NCBI GenBank assembly: GCA_034667685.1 | Contig: JAXDQU010000050.1 | Span: 1 to 64,000 of the forward strand | DNA from: Thermoplasmata archaeon | GTDB lineage: Archaea > Thermoplasmatota > SW-10-69-26 > JACQPN01 > JAJPHT01 | Length of the DNA stretch: 64,000 nt | Direction of reading: 5' to 3' | In this document: piece by piece, positions 16,024 to 27,776 of the stretch | Layout: each line of letters starts with the position of its first letter | Numbering within the stretch: position 1 is the stretch's first letter | Notes under the pieces: model-generated | Databases searched by the model: none | The model's input: only the letters and a program-made list of their open reading frames with translations | What the model was told of the DNA's origin: nothing | Position numbers and translations under genes: made by a program

Positions 16024-18339
16024 CTGCATAGGCCGCCGCCCCGGAGGCTCGGGCTCGTGTGCCTGGGGGCCAGCGCCGGCGGGCTCCGCTCGCTGGAGGC
16101 CGTCCTCGCCTCGCTCCCGTCCGATCTTCCCTGGCCCGTCGTCGTCGCGCAGCACGTGGCGCCCCATCCGCCCTCCCACCTCGCCTCGGTGCTCGCGCAC
16201 GCCACGCCGCTGCGGGTCAAGGAGGCCGAGGCGGGGGAACGCCTGCTCCCGGGCGTCGTCTACACCTCGCCCAGCGACGCGGAGCTTGGCATCGGCCTCG
16301 ACATGCGCGTGACGCTGCGCCCCCTGAGCGCGGCGCACCCCTCGCGCATCGACCACCTCTTCGCCGCCGCCTCCGCCGCCGCGGGCCCCCTCGCGGTCGC
16401 GGTCGTGCTCAGCGGCACGGGCACGGACGGCGCGGCGGGCGCGCTGATGGTGCAGCTCAACGGCGGCACCGTGATCGCGGAGAGCCCCGATTCGGCGGAG
16501 CACCCGGGCATGCCGCTCGCCACGATCCAGGGCGGCAAGGTCGACGCGATCCTCCCGCGCGCGGACATCGGCCCCTACGTCGGGGGCCTCGCCAAGGGCG
16601 CGCTCGAGGATGCCACCGAGGAGCGCGCGCAGATCGTCCGCGCGATCGCCGAGCTGGTGGGCGTCCCGCCCGCGCCCGACCTCGCGCGCTACCGCGTCGA
16701 GCCGATCCAGCGCCGCGTCCGGAAGCGCATGGCGCTCCTGGGCGAGCACGACCTGGCCGCGTACCTCCGGAAGGTCCGCGCGGACCCCGCCGAGCGCGCC
16801 ATGCTCGCGAAGCACCTCCTGATCACGGTCACGCAGTTCTTCCGCGACGCGGATGCGTGGGGCGCGCTGCGCCGCGACGTCGTCGCGCGGCTCGTCGCGC
16901 GCGGGGGCCCGATCCGCGTCTGGTGCGCCGGGTGCGGCTCGGGCGAGGAGGCCTATTCCGTCGCGCTCCTCTTCGCCGAGGCGCTCGGGGACGAGGACGC
17001 GCGCCGCGTCAGCATCCTGGCGACCGACGTCGACGAGGAGGCGCTGGAGCGCGGACGCGCCGCCGCCTACCCGCCCCCCGCGGTGGCCAGCGTGGACGCC
17101 GCGCGGCGCGCGCGCTTCTTCACGAGCGAGGGGCACCGGGTCGGCCCGCTCCTGCGCGACCTCGTCGAGTTCCGCCGGCACGACCTCTCGCGGGAGGAGC
17201 CGCCCGGCACGTTCGACCTCATCGTCTGCCGGAACGTCCTGATCTACTTCGGCGACGACCTGCAATCGCGCGTCCTCCGCTCGCTCCATGCCGCGCTCGC
17301 GCCGGGCGGCTTCCTGTTCCTGGGCCGGAGCGAAGCCATCCTCAAGCACCAGGACCGCTTCGCGCCGCTCTCAGGACGGATGCGCATCTTCCGCCGGGCG
17401 GACGACGAGGACGCCGCCCACGGCGCCCCCGGGGACGAGGCCGCCGCCGAGCCGGGCCGCGCGCTCGCCGAGGCGCTCCTCGACTCCCCCACCGTCCTCG
17501 CGCTGCTCGTCGACGAGCGCTCGCGCATCCTCGTGGCGAACCGCAAGGCGCGCGAGGTGCTGGGCACGCCGGCCGTGGGCGCGCCGATCACCGAGGTGCT
17601 CTCCGACGCGAGCGCGCGCCGCCTGACCGACCGCGTCCAGGAGGTGCTGGCGACCGGCGTGCGCGCCTTCGAGCGCGGCGTGCGCCTGGGCGGCGTCACG
17701 CTCGACGTGTCGATCGAGCCGCGCATCGGGAGCGGCTCGCGCGCGGCCGTCCTCCTCGCGCACGAGTCGGTGGAGGGCGCGTGGCCCTCGCTCGCGGGCC
17801 ACGTCCTCTCCGCCCACGCGCCGGAGGCCGAGGACCTCGTCGCGACCAACGAGGAGCTCCAGAGCGCCAACGAGGAGCTTGCCGCGACCAACGAGGAGCT
17901 CCAGGCGGCCAACGAGGAGCTTGCGGCGCTCAACGAGGAGTTCCGCAGCAACAACGACCTCCTCGGCTCCTCGAACGAACGCATGGAGACCGAGGCGGTC
18001 GACATCCGCGCGGCCTCCGTGCTGCTGCGCTCCATCATCGAGGAGACGTTCGATCCGGTCATCGTGGTGGACGAGGAGCGGCGCGTCGCCATCTGCAACG
18101 GCCCGGCGCAGCGCGAGCTGGCCCTCCCCGAGGACGCGATCGGCGAGCACGTCGCCGAGCTCGACCTGGGCGTGGAGACGCGGGCGCTGCATGGCATGCT
18201 CGACCGTTCCGAGCGCGACGGCCGTCTCCACCAGGCGCGCGTCGCGCCCCAAGGCAAGCCGATGCTCCTGCGCGTGCAGCACCTGCCAAGCTCCGCGGGC
18301 CGGACGCTCGGCTGGGTCCTCCGCTGGCACCCCTCCTGA
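16024..18339 (+). CDS. CheB methylesterase-CheR methyltransferase fusion with PAS, coiled coil and PAS
   Basis: GASAGG, QH, SGTGTDG (CheB triad); FFRD, VWCAGCGSGEEAYS, ILATDVD, FDLIVCRNVLIYF (CheR); NEEL heptads. Start CTG 16024 or GTG 16057. Confidence 0.9.
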   Translation: MHRPPPRRLGLVCLGASAGGLRSLEAVLASLPSDLPWPVVVAQHVAPHPPSHLASVLAHATPLRVKEAEAGERLLPGVVYTSPSDAELGIGLDMRVTLRPLSAAHPSRIDHLFAAASAAAGPLAVAVVLSGTGTDGAAGALMVQLNGGTVIAESPDSAEHPGMPLATIQGGKVDAILPRADIGPYVGGLAKGALEDATEERAQIVRAIAELVGVPPAPDLARYRVEPIQRRVRKRMALLGEHDLAAYLRKVRADPAERAMLAKHLLITVTQFFRDADAWGALRRDVVARLVARGGPIRVWCAGCGSGEEAYSVALLFAEALGDEDARRVSILATDVDEEALERGRAAAYPPPAVASVDAARRARFFTSEGHRVGPLLRDLVEFRRHDLSREEPPGTFDLIVCRNVLIYFGDDLQSRVLRSLHAALAPGGFLFLGRSEAILKHQDRFAPLSGRMRIFRRADDEDAAHGAPGDEAAAEPGRALAEALLDSPTVLALLVDERSRILVANRKAREVLGTPAVGAPITEVLSDASARRLTDRVQEVLATGVRAFERGVRLGGVTLDVSIEPRIGSGSRAAVLLAHESVEGAWPSLAGHVLSAHAPEAEDLVATNEELQSANEELAATNEELQAANEELAALNEEFRSNNDLLGSSNERMETEAVDIRAASVLLRSIIEETFDPVIVVDEERRVAICNGPAQRELALPEDAIGEHVAELDLGVETRALHGMLDRSERDGRLHQARVAPQGKPMLLRVQHLPSSAGRTLGWVLRWHPS

Positions 18340-18436
18340 GCGTCGGGGCCGAGCGCGCCGCGGCCCATGCATGTTGGGCGCGCGTCCCAAGTAGCATCGC
18401 CTCCGAGCCAGGCGCGTGACCTTCCGCGGCACTCCG

Positions 18437-18613
18437 ATGTCTCCGTGCAAGACGTGCGAGCTGGGCGCCGAGATGCGGCGACCCCACGGCGCCTGCGCGC
18501 GCTCCTCGTGCCCCGTGGCCCTGATCCACGGACGGCGCGAGCGCCGCTTGCGGGCGCGTTTCCTCTCGCTCAACTTCCCGACCTACCGCGCGGGCTCCGC
18601 GCTGCGCGGGTGA
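18437..18613 (+). CDS. Small putative zinc-binding protein
   Basis: MSPCKTC...HGACARSSCP; TGA overlaps GTG of the following regulator. Confidence 0.45.
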   Translation: MSPCKTCELGAEMRRPHGACARSSCPVALIHGRRERRLRARFLSLNFPTYRAGSALRG

Positions 18614-18999
18614 GCCCCACGTCGGAGCCAACGCTCTCGGACGCCTCCTCGCTCGTGCTCACCCACGAAGGAGGCGCGACGCTGATCGTGCGGGGCGACG
18701 ACAGCGCGATCCGCCACCTGGAGCGCGCGCTGCGCGACGGGGGCGCGCGGATCGTCCAGCACGCGCGCCCCGCGGGACCGCCTGCCCGCGCGGCCTTGAC
18801 GCCCGGCCAGGAGGAGGCGCTCGCGGCGGCGATCGACCACGGCTACTACGAGGTGCCCCGGCGCATCACGCTGCGCGAGCTGGCGAGCGTCCTGGGCGTG
18901 AAGCCCTCCGCGCTCTCCGAGCGATTGCGTCGCGCCGAGGCGAACGTGATCCTTCGCTATCAACGCGACGCGGGCGCGCCGGGCTCCCCGAACTTGTGA
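18610..18999 (+). CDS. HTH_10 transcriptional regulator (short form)
   Basis: LTPGQEEALAAAIDHGYYEVPRRITLRELASVLGVKPSALSERLRRAE. Confidence 0.82.
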   Translation: MSPTSEPTLSDASSLVLTHEGGATLIVRGDDSAIRHLERALRDGGARIVQHARPAGPPARAALTPGQEEALAAAIDHGYYEVPRRITLRELASVLGVKPSALSERLRRAEANVILRYQRDAGAPGSPNL

Positions 19000-19040
19000 G
19001 GCGGCACGCGCATCCGTGGGAAAGCATCCCACCGGCCAGC

Positions 19041-19487
19041 ATGCTCCATCCAGCCCCAAGCGATCGGCGCGCCGCGATCCTCCAACGGATCGATCAAGAC
19101 CCGGGCATCCACACGCGCGCGCTCGCTCGGGCGTGCGGTATGCCGCTGAGCACCGCGAAGTACCACATCGAGGCGCTCTGGCGCTCCGGCCGCGTCGTGC
19201 TCCGGTCCGACGGCCGCTACCGGCGCATCTTCCCGGCCGGCTACGACCCCGCGATGATGGGCGTCGCCTCGGCCATGCACCGCCGCGTCGCCAGGCAGGT
19301 GCTCGTCCACGTCGCGGGTGGCGAGCCCTGGACGCGCCGGAGCCTCTCGGCCGCGACGGGCGTCTCGGGGAGCAACCTGGGCGGCGCGCTCACGCACCTC
19401 TGCCGCGCCGGGCTCCTGGCGCGCGAGCTGCGCGGCGGGCGCTTCCTCTACCGCGCCGCGGGGCCCGTCCGTCCCGCCCGTCGCTAG
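19041..19487 (+). CDS. Double winged-helix transcriptional regulator (COG3398-like)
   Basis: RRAAILQRIDQDPGIHTRALARACGMPLSTAKYHIEAL, and a second HTH near the C-terminus; start 18996 or 19041. Confidence 0.75.
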   Translation: MLHPAPSDRRAAILQRIDQDPGIHTRALARACGMPLSTAKYHIEALWRSGRVVLRSDGRYRRIFPAGYDPAMMGVASAMHRRVARQVLVHVAGGEPWTRRSLSAATGVSGSNLGGALTHLCRAGLLARELRGGRFLYRAAGPVRPARR

Positions 19488-20419
19488 GCGCCAAGCGTTC
19501 GCGCCAGGCCTTCGCTGAGGGGCACGCGCGGCTCCCAGCCCAGCGTCTCGCGCGCGCGGCGCGAATCGGCCACGCGGCGCTGCACCTCGTCGGCGCGCGG
19601 GGGCGCGAACGTGGGGCGTAGCTCGGGCTTCCCCGCGGCCTCGGCGATGGCGCGCGCGAGGTCCACGATGCGCGTCTCGACGCCCGTGCCCAGGTTGAGC
19701 ACCGCGTGCTTCCCGCCCGCGCCGCGCTCCGCCGCCAGCAGCGTCCCTTCGACCGTGTCCTCGACGAACGTGAAGTCGCGCGTCTGCTCGCCCGAGCCGA
19801 ACACGACGGGCGCGAGCCCCTGCCGCACGCGGTCGCAGAAGATCGACGCGACGAACCCGTACGCGGAGCGCTCCTGGCGCGGGCCGTAGACGTTGAAGTA
19901 GCGCAGCGCGGTGGTCGTCATGCCCGTCTCGCTCGTGAAGCCCTCCGCGAGCTTCTCCTCGACGAGCTTGGCCGCGGCGTATCCGGTGCGCGGCGCGGCC
20001 GGCGTGGCGTCCTCCGCGTAGGGGGGATCGCCGTCGCCGTAGACCTCGCTCGACGAGGCGAGGACGACGTGCCGGGCGCCCGCCTCGGCCGCCGCGCGCA
20101 GCACGTGGAGCGTGCCCTCGACGTTCTCCTGGATCACGCGCACCGGCTCCTCCCACGTGCGCTTCACGCCCAGCACGGCCGCGAGGTGGAAGACGGTGTC
20201 CACGCCCTGCATCGCGCGGGCGAGATCGAGCGGCGCCGACGTCGAGCCGCGCACGATCGTGACGTCGCGCGCCAGGTGGCGCAGGTGCTCCTCGCGCCCC
20301 GTGCTCATGTTGTCCACGACCGTGACGCGCGCGCCCCGCTTCACCAGCGCCTCCGTGAGGTGGCTGCCGACGAACCCCGCGCCCCCCGTGACGAGCGCGT
20401 GGCGGCCGTCCCAACTCAC
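19484..20419 (-). CDS. NAD-dependent epimerase/dehydratase (UDP-hexose(NAc) 4-epimerase-like)
   Basis: VTGGAGFVGSHL, ASSSEVYG, YAAAK, RYFNVYGPRQ, QTRDFTFV; GTG 20419. Confidence 0.92.
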   Translation of the reverse strand: MSWDGRHALVTGGAGFVGSHLTEALVKRGARVTVVDNMSTGREEHLRHLARDVTIVRGSTSAPLDLARAMQGVDTVFHLAAVLGVKRTWEEPVRVIQENVEGTLHVLRAAAEAGARHVVLASSSEVYGDGDPPYAEDATPAAPRTGYAAAKLVEEKLAEGFTSETGMTTTALRYFNVYGPRQERSAYGFVASIFCDRVRQGLAPVVFGSGEQTRDFTFVEDTVEGTLLAAERGAGGKHAVLNLGTGVETRIVDLARAIAEAAGKPELRPTFAPPRADEVQRRVADSRRARETLGWEPRVPLSEGLARTLGA

Positions 20420-21753
20420 GCGGATCCCCGCCCGACGCTCCAGAGGCCCATGCCGTGCTGGCGGACCTCGCGCCCGTCGACGACGTTGCGGCCGTCGACC
20501 ACCCACGCGCCCGGCGCCGCGAGCGTGGAGACCGCGCTCCAGTCGAGGCGCTTGAACTCGGGGTGGTCGGTCAGGACCGCGATCACGTCCGCGTCGCGCA
20601 GGCTCTCGGCCAGGTCGACGCCGCGCGTTCCGCCCGTCAGGCGCTCGATCGTCGCGGACTCGACGTGCGGGTCGTGCACGCGGACGCTCGCGCGCTGCTC
20701 GGCGAGCATCTTCACGACGCGCACGGCGGGCGACTCGCGCACGTCGCCGACGCCGCCCTTGTACGCGATGCCGAGCACCGCGACGCGCCGCTGGCCCTGC
20801 TGGGGCAGGCGCGTGAGGATCGCGTCGGCCACGGCCCTGGTCGCGTCGTCGTTGACCTCGCGCGCGAGCGCCATGAGGCGGGGCTCGAAGCCCGCGCGGC
20901 GCGCCTCCTCGATGAGGTAGTACGGATCGACCGGGATGCAGTGCCCCCCGACGCCGGGGCCCGGCTCGGCCGCGTAGAAGTTGTACTTCGTGCGCGCCGC
21001 GCTGAGCACCGCGCCCGCGTCGAGCCCCAGCGCGCGGGAGAGCGCGGCGAACTCGTTGACGAGCGCGATGTTGACGTCGCGCTGCACGTTCTCCAGCACC
21101 TTGCTGGCCTCGGCCGTCGCGATGTCGGGGCAGATGTGCGGCGGGACGCGGAGGATGCGCCGGTACACCGACTCGGCGATGCGCAGGCTCCGCTCGTCGA
21201 GCGCGCCCAGCACGCGCGGCGTCAGCTCGGCGGTGTGCGCCGTGTCGCCCGGGTTGAGCCGCTCCGGGCAGTACGCGACGCCGAAGTCCTGGCCGGCCTT
21301 GAGGCGGCTCTCGCGCTCCAGGATCGGCATGCAGACGCGCTGCGTGCAGCCGGGGAACGTCGTGCTCTCGTACGAGACGACGGCGCCGCGCCGCAGCCCG
21401 CGCCCGATCGCCGTGCTCGCGGACTCCAGCGGCCCGAGGTCCGGCTTGCGATCCTCGTCCACCGGCGTGGGCACGCAGACGAGCACGAAGTCCGCGTGGC
21501 GCACGGCCTCGGTCGTGTCCGTCGTCGCGCGCAGCCGGCCCGCGCCGACCAGCTCGGCGATCGTCGCGTCGTCGGCCGCGTCGGCCAGGGGCGAGCGCGA
21601 CGCCTGGATCGCCTCGACCACCCGCGCGTTCAGGTCCGCGCCGGTCACCTCGAAGCCGGCCTTCGCCAGGCACACCGCCGAGGGGAGGCCGACGTAGCCC
21701 AAGCCGACGACCGTGACGCGCCGCACTTCGTGATCCAGGTTGCTCGATGGCAT
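20416..21753 (-). CDS. Nucleotide-sugar dehydrogenase (UDP-GlcNAc/ManNAc 6-dehydrogenase, WecC/WbpA-like)
   Basis: GLGYVGLP, CVPTP, ESTTFPG, PERLNPG, GVGGHCIPVDP, DVRESP. Confidence 0.93.
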   Translation of the reverse strand: MPSSNLDHEVRRVTVVGLGYVGLPSAVCLAKAGFEVTGADLNARVVEAIQASRSPLADAADDATIAELVGAGRLRATTDTTEAVRHADFVLVCVPTPVDEDRKPDLGPLESASTAIGRGLRRGAVVSYESTTFPGCTQRVCMPILERESRLKAGQDFGVAYCPERLNPGDTAHTAELTPRVLGALDERSLRIAESVYRRILRVPPHICPDIATAEASKVLENVQRDVNIALVNEFAALSRALGLDAGAVLSAARTKYNFYAAEPGPGVGGHCIPVDPYYLIEEARRAGFEPRLMALAREVNDDATRAVADAILTRLPQQGQRRVAVLGIAYKGGVGDVRESPAVRVVKMLAEQRASVRVHDPHVESATIERLTGGTRGVDLAESLRDADVIAVLTDHPEFKRLDWSAVSTLAAPGAWVVDGRNVVDGREVRQHGMGLWSVGRGSA

Positions 21754-21892
21754 CGTCGGCGCACGGCGTGATGTCTCCGGATGGCCGTTCTGGTACGCCG
21801 TGCCGAGTGTGCGATCGGCTCGCGCCGGAGGCGGACCGTTCCACGAGGGTTGATCCTCAAACGCCTTCCGCCGCCCGCGCCGAGCGCGCACG

Positions 21893-23134
21893 ATGGACGC
21901 CGGCACCTGGAGCATCATCTTCTTCCTTCTTGTCCTCTGGGCGACGACGGGGCTGACGGTCGTCCACGTCGGGGTGCTCGCGTTCCGGTACGTCTCGCAG
22001 CGCGTGGGGCGGAAGAAGCGGGGCGCGCAGCGCGCTCCGGCCCCGGCGAGCCCGCGCCACGCGCCGACGCTGACGTTCGTCATCCCGGTCTACAACGACG
22101 CGCTGACCATCGGCGCGTCGATCGACAGCCTGCTGCGCCAGACGGTGCGGCCCACGCGAATCCTCGTCGTGGACGACGGCAGCACCGACGCGACGCGGGA
22201 CGTCCTGGCGAAATATCGCGCGAAGTGGCGCATCGACGTCATGACGCTCCCGCGGAACGTGGGCAAGAGCCGCGCGCTGGAGGCCGCGCTCGCCGACGTC
22301 CGCACGGACCTCATCGCGATCACCGACGCGGACAGCGTGGTCGACGCGCGCTACGTCGAGCGCGTGCTGCGCGACTTCGACGATCCCGACCTCGCGGCGG
22401 TGGGCGGCGCGGTCGAGAGCATCCCCCACACGTGGGTGACGGCCGCGCGCCAGATCGACTACATGGTGACGGTCCACGTCGACCGCGACGCGGAGAGCAC
22501 GATGAACGCGCTCGTGGTGCTGCCCGGCGTCTCGACGACGTACCGCACGAGCGTGCTGCGCGAGATGGGGTTCGAGCACGACACGATCGCGGAGGACTTC
22601 GACCTCACCTTCCGCCTGCAGCGCGCGGGCAAGAAGATCACCATGAACCTGGACGCGAAGGTCTACACCGCGGACCCGCCGACCCTGCGGGCCTACTACC
22701 GCCAGGTCTCGCGCTGGTACACGGACTTCTGGCTCGTGCTCCGCAAGCACCGCGCGGTCCTGGGCAAGCGCGTGTTCGGCACGGTCGAGGTGCCGCTGCT
22801 CGTCCTCAACGCGACCGTGTCGAGCGTGCTCTACCTCGTCCTGCCGATCTGGATGATCTTCTACGCGCCCTGGCGCATCCCGACCTACATCATCACGACG
22901 CTGGGCCTCGACGTCGCGCTCGTCCTCGTCGCGCTGCGGACGTACCGCCGCCGCGACCTCTGGTGGGCGCTCCTCTCGCGCTCGCCCACGCGTCTGCTCG
23001 GTCGCGTCGCGTTCGTGCTCGCCATGACGCGCGTGCTCGTGGGGCGCCCGGGCCGCGCCTGGACGAAGCTGGAGCGCCGCTCCAACTCCGAGTTCCTCGA
23101 CGGGCTCGCGGCTGCGCCCGCGGAACGCCCGTGA
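21893..23134 (+). CDS. Processive GT2 glycosyltransferase (IcaA/PgaC-like synthase)
   Basis: DDGSTD, TDAD, EDF, QVSRW (D,D,D,QxxRW) with N- and C-terminal TM helices. Confidence 0.88.
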   Translation: MDAGTWSIIFFLLVLWATTGLTVVHVGVLAFRYVSQRVGRKKRGAQRAPAPASPRHAPTLTFVIPVYNDALTIGASIDSLLRQTVRPTRILVVDDGSTDATRDVLAKYRAKWRIDVMTLPRNVGKSRALEAALADVRTDLIAITDADSVVDARYVERVLRDFDDPDLAAVGGAVESIPHTWVTAARQIDYMVTVHVDRDAESTMNALVVLPGVSTTYRTSVLREMGFEHDTIAEDFDLTFRLQRAGKKITMNLDAKVYTADPPTLRAYYRQVSRWYTDFWLVLRKHRAVLGKRVFGTVEVPLLVLNATVSSVLYLVLPIWMIFYAPWRIPTYIITTLGLDVALVLVALRTYRRRDLWWALLSRSPTRLLGRVAFVLAMTRVLVGRPGRAWTKLERRSNSEFLDGLAAAPAERP

Positions 23135-23197
23135 TCCCATGCACGCATCGCCTCCTGCTACCAAACTGATATCGCCCCTGTAGAGGACGTAGGACCG

Positions 23198-25021
<1,824 letters not shown>

Positions 25022-25034
25022 ACGGGGGCTTCCC

Positions 25035-27776
25035 GTGTCCAGCCGCAAGCTTCTCCTCAGCCCGCTCGCCGTCCTGATCATGCTGAGCCTCGCGTCGCTC
25101 CCGCCCCCAGCGGCCGGCGCATCGGTCAGCGTGGCGGCGCCCAACGGCGGCGTCGTCTTCACGTTCAGCAACGGCCTCGCCTCCCACACGACCGCCGCGA
25201 GCGTGCTGGAGGCGCACGGCCTCGCGGGCACGTTCTACGTCGGAAGCGGCACGCTCCGCCAGGGGCCGTTCTACACGGCCTACCTCTCGGCCTCGGACGT
25301 CGCCAACCTCTCGACGCGCGGCCACGACGTCGAGTCGATGACCGTGGACCAGCAGGACCTCACGACGCTCACGGCCGCGCAGGTCCAGCAGGAGCTTGCG
25401 AATTCCCAGGCGGCGATCCAGAACATCACGGGAAAGCCGGCGCGCCAGCTCGCGTATCCGTTCGGCGCCGTGAACGACGACGTCGCCGCGGCCACCGCGA
25501 CGTACTACGCCTCGGGACGCACGGTCGACGGCAGCCCGCAGTCGTTCCTCGGCGCGATCGACGCGTACCACGTGCCCGCCATCCTGGTCACGCAGGCGAC
25601 GAGCCTCGCCACGGCCGAGGGGTACGTGGACTTCGCGGCCGCGAACCACGTCTTCGTCGTGCTCGCCTTCGGCGGCATCGTCGCCAATCCCGGCACGTAC
25701 GACTGGACGCCCGGCGACCTCGACGCGCTCGCGGCCTACGCCGTGTCCAAGGGGGTCGCCGTCGAGACGATAGCGCAGCTCGTCGCGGGCGCTCCGCCGC
25801 CTCCGCCCAGCGCGCCGGCCGCGCCCGCCCTGAGCGCCACCGCGGGCAACGGGGTCGTCAACCTCTCGTGGAGCCAGCCCGCCAACGGCGGGAGCGCGAT
25901 CACGGGCTATCGGCTCTACCGCGGCGCGTCCAGCGGCGCCGAGACGCTCTACCGCACGCTGCCGCCGCAGACCGCGTTCCGCGACGTCAACGTCACCAAC
26001 AGCCAGCCCCTCTTCTACCAGGTCAGCGCCGTGAACGCGATCGGCGAGGGCGACCGGTCCAACGAGGTCGCCGCCACGCCGCAGGCCGTGCCCTCGGGCG
26101 CGCGCATCGTCTTCACGTTCGACGACGGCTACGCCTCGGGCACCACGGCCGCCTCGATCCTGGAGTCGCACGGCTTCCACGGCACGTTCTACGCGTCGAG
26201 CGGCCTGCTGCGGATGGGCACGGCGTGGACGGACTACATGTCCCCCTCGGACCTGCAGGGGCTCGCGATGCGCGGCCACGAGGTGGGCTCGATGGCCGTC
26301 GACCAGCAGGACCTCACGAAGCTCACGAGCGCGCAGGTCGCCTCCGAGCTCTCCGATTCGCAGAGCGCGCTCCAGGGCATCGTGGGCCAGCCGGTGCGCA
26401 GCCTCGCCTACCCCTTCGGCGCCGTCAACGCGAACGTGTCGTCCGCGGCCGCCTCGCGCTACGACTCGGGGCGCACGATCACCGGCAACGTCAACGACTT
26501 CGCGGCGCCGCCCGTCGACGCCTTCCACCGCCCCGGCCTCATCGTCCAGAGCGCGACGAGCCTCGCCACGGCGCAGGGGGACGTGGACTTCGCGATCGCG
26601 CGCAACGTCCCGGTCGTGCTGGAGTTCTCGCGCATCGTCCCCACGCCGGGGACGTACGACTGGACGCCCGCGAACCTCGACGCGCTCGCCGCGTACGTGC
26701 AGGCCAAGGGCGTCCCGGTCGTCACGATGGCGCAGCTCGTCGCGGGCAGCCCGCTCGCGCCGCCCGCCGCGCCCCGGGCGCCCGCGCTCTCCGACATCCC
26801 GCGCAACGCCCTCGTGAGTCTCGCGTGGAGCGCGCCCGACAACGACGGAAGCGCCATCACGGGCTACCGCGTCTACAAGGGCGCCTCCAGCGGGAACGAG
26901 ACGCTCTACCAGACGCTCGGCGGCAACGCCACGGGCTACAACGACACGGGCGTCGTCAACGGCCAGATGTACTTCTACCAGGTCAGCGCCGTCAACGCGA
27001 TCGGCGAGGGCCCGCGCTCCAACGAGGTCGTCGCGATGCCCAACGCGGCCGGCGTGCCCCCGGGCGCGACGGTCGTCATCACGTTCGACGACGGGCTGCG
27101 CTCGCAGCTCTCCGCGACGTCCGTGCTCGACAAGTACGGCTTCAAGGCGACGTACTTCATCAACGCGGGCAACCTGCGCGACGACCCGAGCTGCCCGGGC
27201 GGTAACTGCAACAACCCCGAGTCGATGACGGCCTCCGAGCTCAAGGGCCTCGTCGCGGACGGGCAGGACGTGGAGTCGCACCTGCTCTTTCACGACGACG
27301 CGACCACGCTCTCGGCGAGCGCCCTCGACAACGAGCTGCGGACCAACCAGCAGATGCTCCGCGACATCACGGGCCAGCCGGTGAACGAGCTCGCGTGGCC
27401 CTTCGGCGCGCACAATGCGAGCACGGACGCGGCGGCCGCGAAGTACTACCGCACCGCGCGCACGTACAACTCCGACCTCACGGTCGCCACGGCGCACACG
27501 ACGAACCGCTACGGCGTGCCGGCGATGGGCATCCTCTCGTCCGACTCCGCCGCGAAGGTCGAGGGGTACGCGGACTACGCGATCACGCACAACGTGACCG
27601 TGATCCTCGTGATCCACAACCTGGCGCCCGTGCCGAGGCAGTACGGCGTCGCGCTCGACCAGTACGACTGGAACCTCGCGGCGTTCAAGTCGCTCGTGGA
27701 CTACCTCGCCGCGCGGCAGGTGCCGGTGCGGACCGTCGCGCAGATGGATGCCGCGGGACGGATGCCGCCGGACTAA
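25035..27776 (+). CDS. Secreted polysaccharide deacetylase: three CE4/NodB domains separated by two FN3 domains
   Basis: Signal peptide; FTFSNG / FTFDDG / ITFDDG, LAYPFG / LAWPFG; FN3 LSWSQPANGGSAITGYRLY...YQVSAVNAIGEG. Confidence 0.88.
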   Translation: MSSRKLLLSPLAVLIMLSLASLPPPAAGASVSVAAPNGGVVFTFSNGLASHTTAASVLEAHGLAGTFYVGSGTLRQGPFYTAYLSASDVANLSTRGHDVESMTVDQQDLTTLTAAQVQQELANSQAAIQNITGKPARQLAYPFGAVNDDVAAATATYYASGRTVDGSPQSFLGAIDAYHVPAILVTQATSLATAEGYVDFAAANHVFVVLAFGGIVANPGTYDWTPGDLDALAAYAVSKGVAVETIAQLVAGAPPPPPSAPAAPALSATAGNGVVNLSWSQPANGGSAITGYRLYRGASSGAETLYRTLPPQTAFRDVNVTNSQPLFYQVSAVNAIGEGDRSNEVAATPQAVPSGARIVFTFDDGYASGTTAASILESHGFHGTFYASSGLLRMGTAWTDYMSPSDLQGLAMRGHEVGSMAVDQQDLTKLTSAQVASELSDSQSALQGIVGQPVRSLAYPFGAVNANVSSAAASRYDSGRTITGNVNDFAAPPVDAFHRPGLIVQSATSLATAQGDVDFAIARNVPVVLEFSRIVPTPGTYDWTPANLDALAAYVQAKGVPVVTMAQLVAGSPLAPPAAPRAPALSDIPRNALVSLAWSAPDNDGSAITGYRVYKGASSGNETLYQTLGGNATGYNDTGVVNGQMYFYQVSAVNAIGEGPRSNEVVAMPNAAGVPPGATVVITFDDGLRSQLSATSVLDKYGFKATYFINAGNLRDDPSCPGGNCNNPESMTASELKGLVADGQDVESHLLFHDDATTLSASALDNELRTNQQMLRDITGQPVNELAWPFGAHNASTDAAAAKYYRTARTYNSDLTVATAHTTNRYGVPAMGILSSDSAAKVEGYADYAITHNVTVILVIHNLAPVPRQYGVALDQYDWNLAAFKSLVDYLAARQVPVRTVAQMDAAGRMPPD

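Noticed and set aside
17848-17940. 21-bp periodic repeats (aacgaggagct...)
   Set aside because: In-frame NEEL heptads typical of CheB/CheR fusions; not CRISPR or a mobile repeat
16024-18339. Chemotaxis operon
   Set aside because: No cheA, cheW, cheY, MCP or archaellum genes in the window
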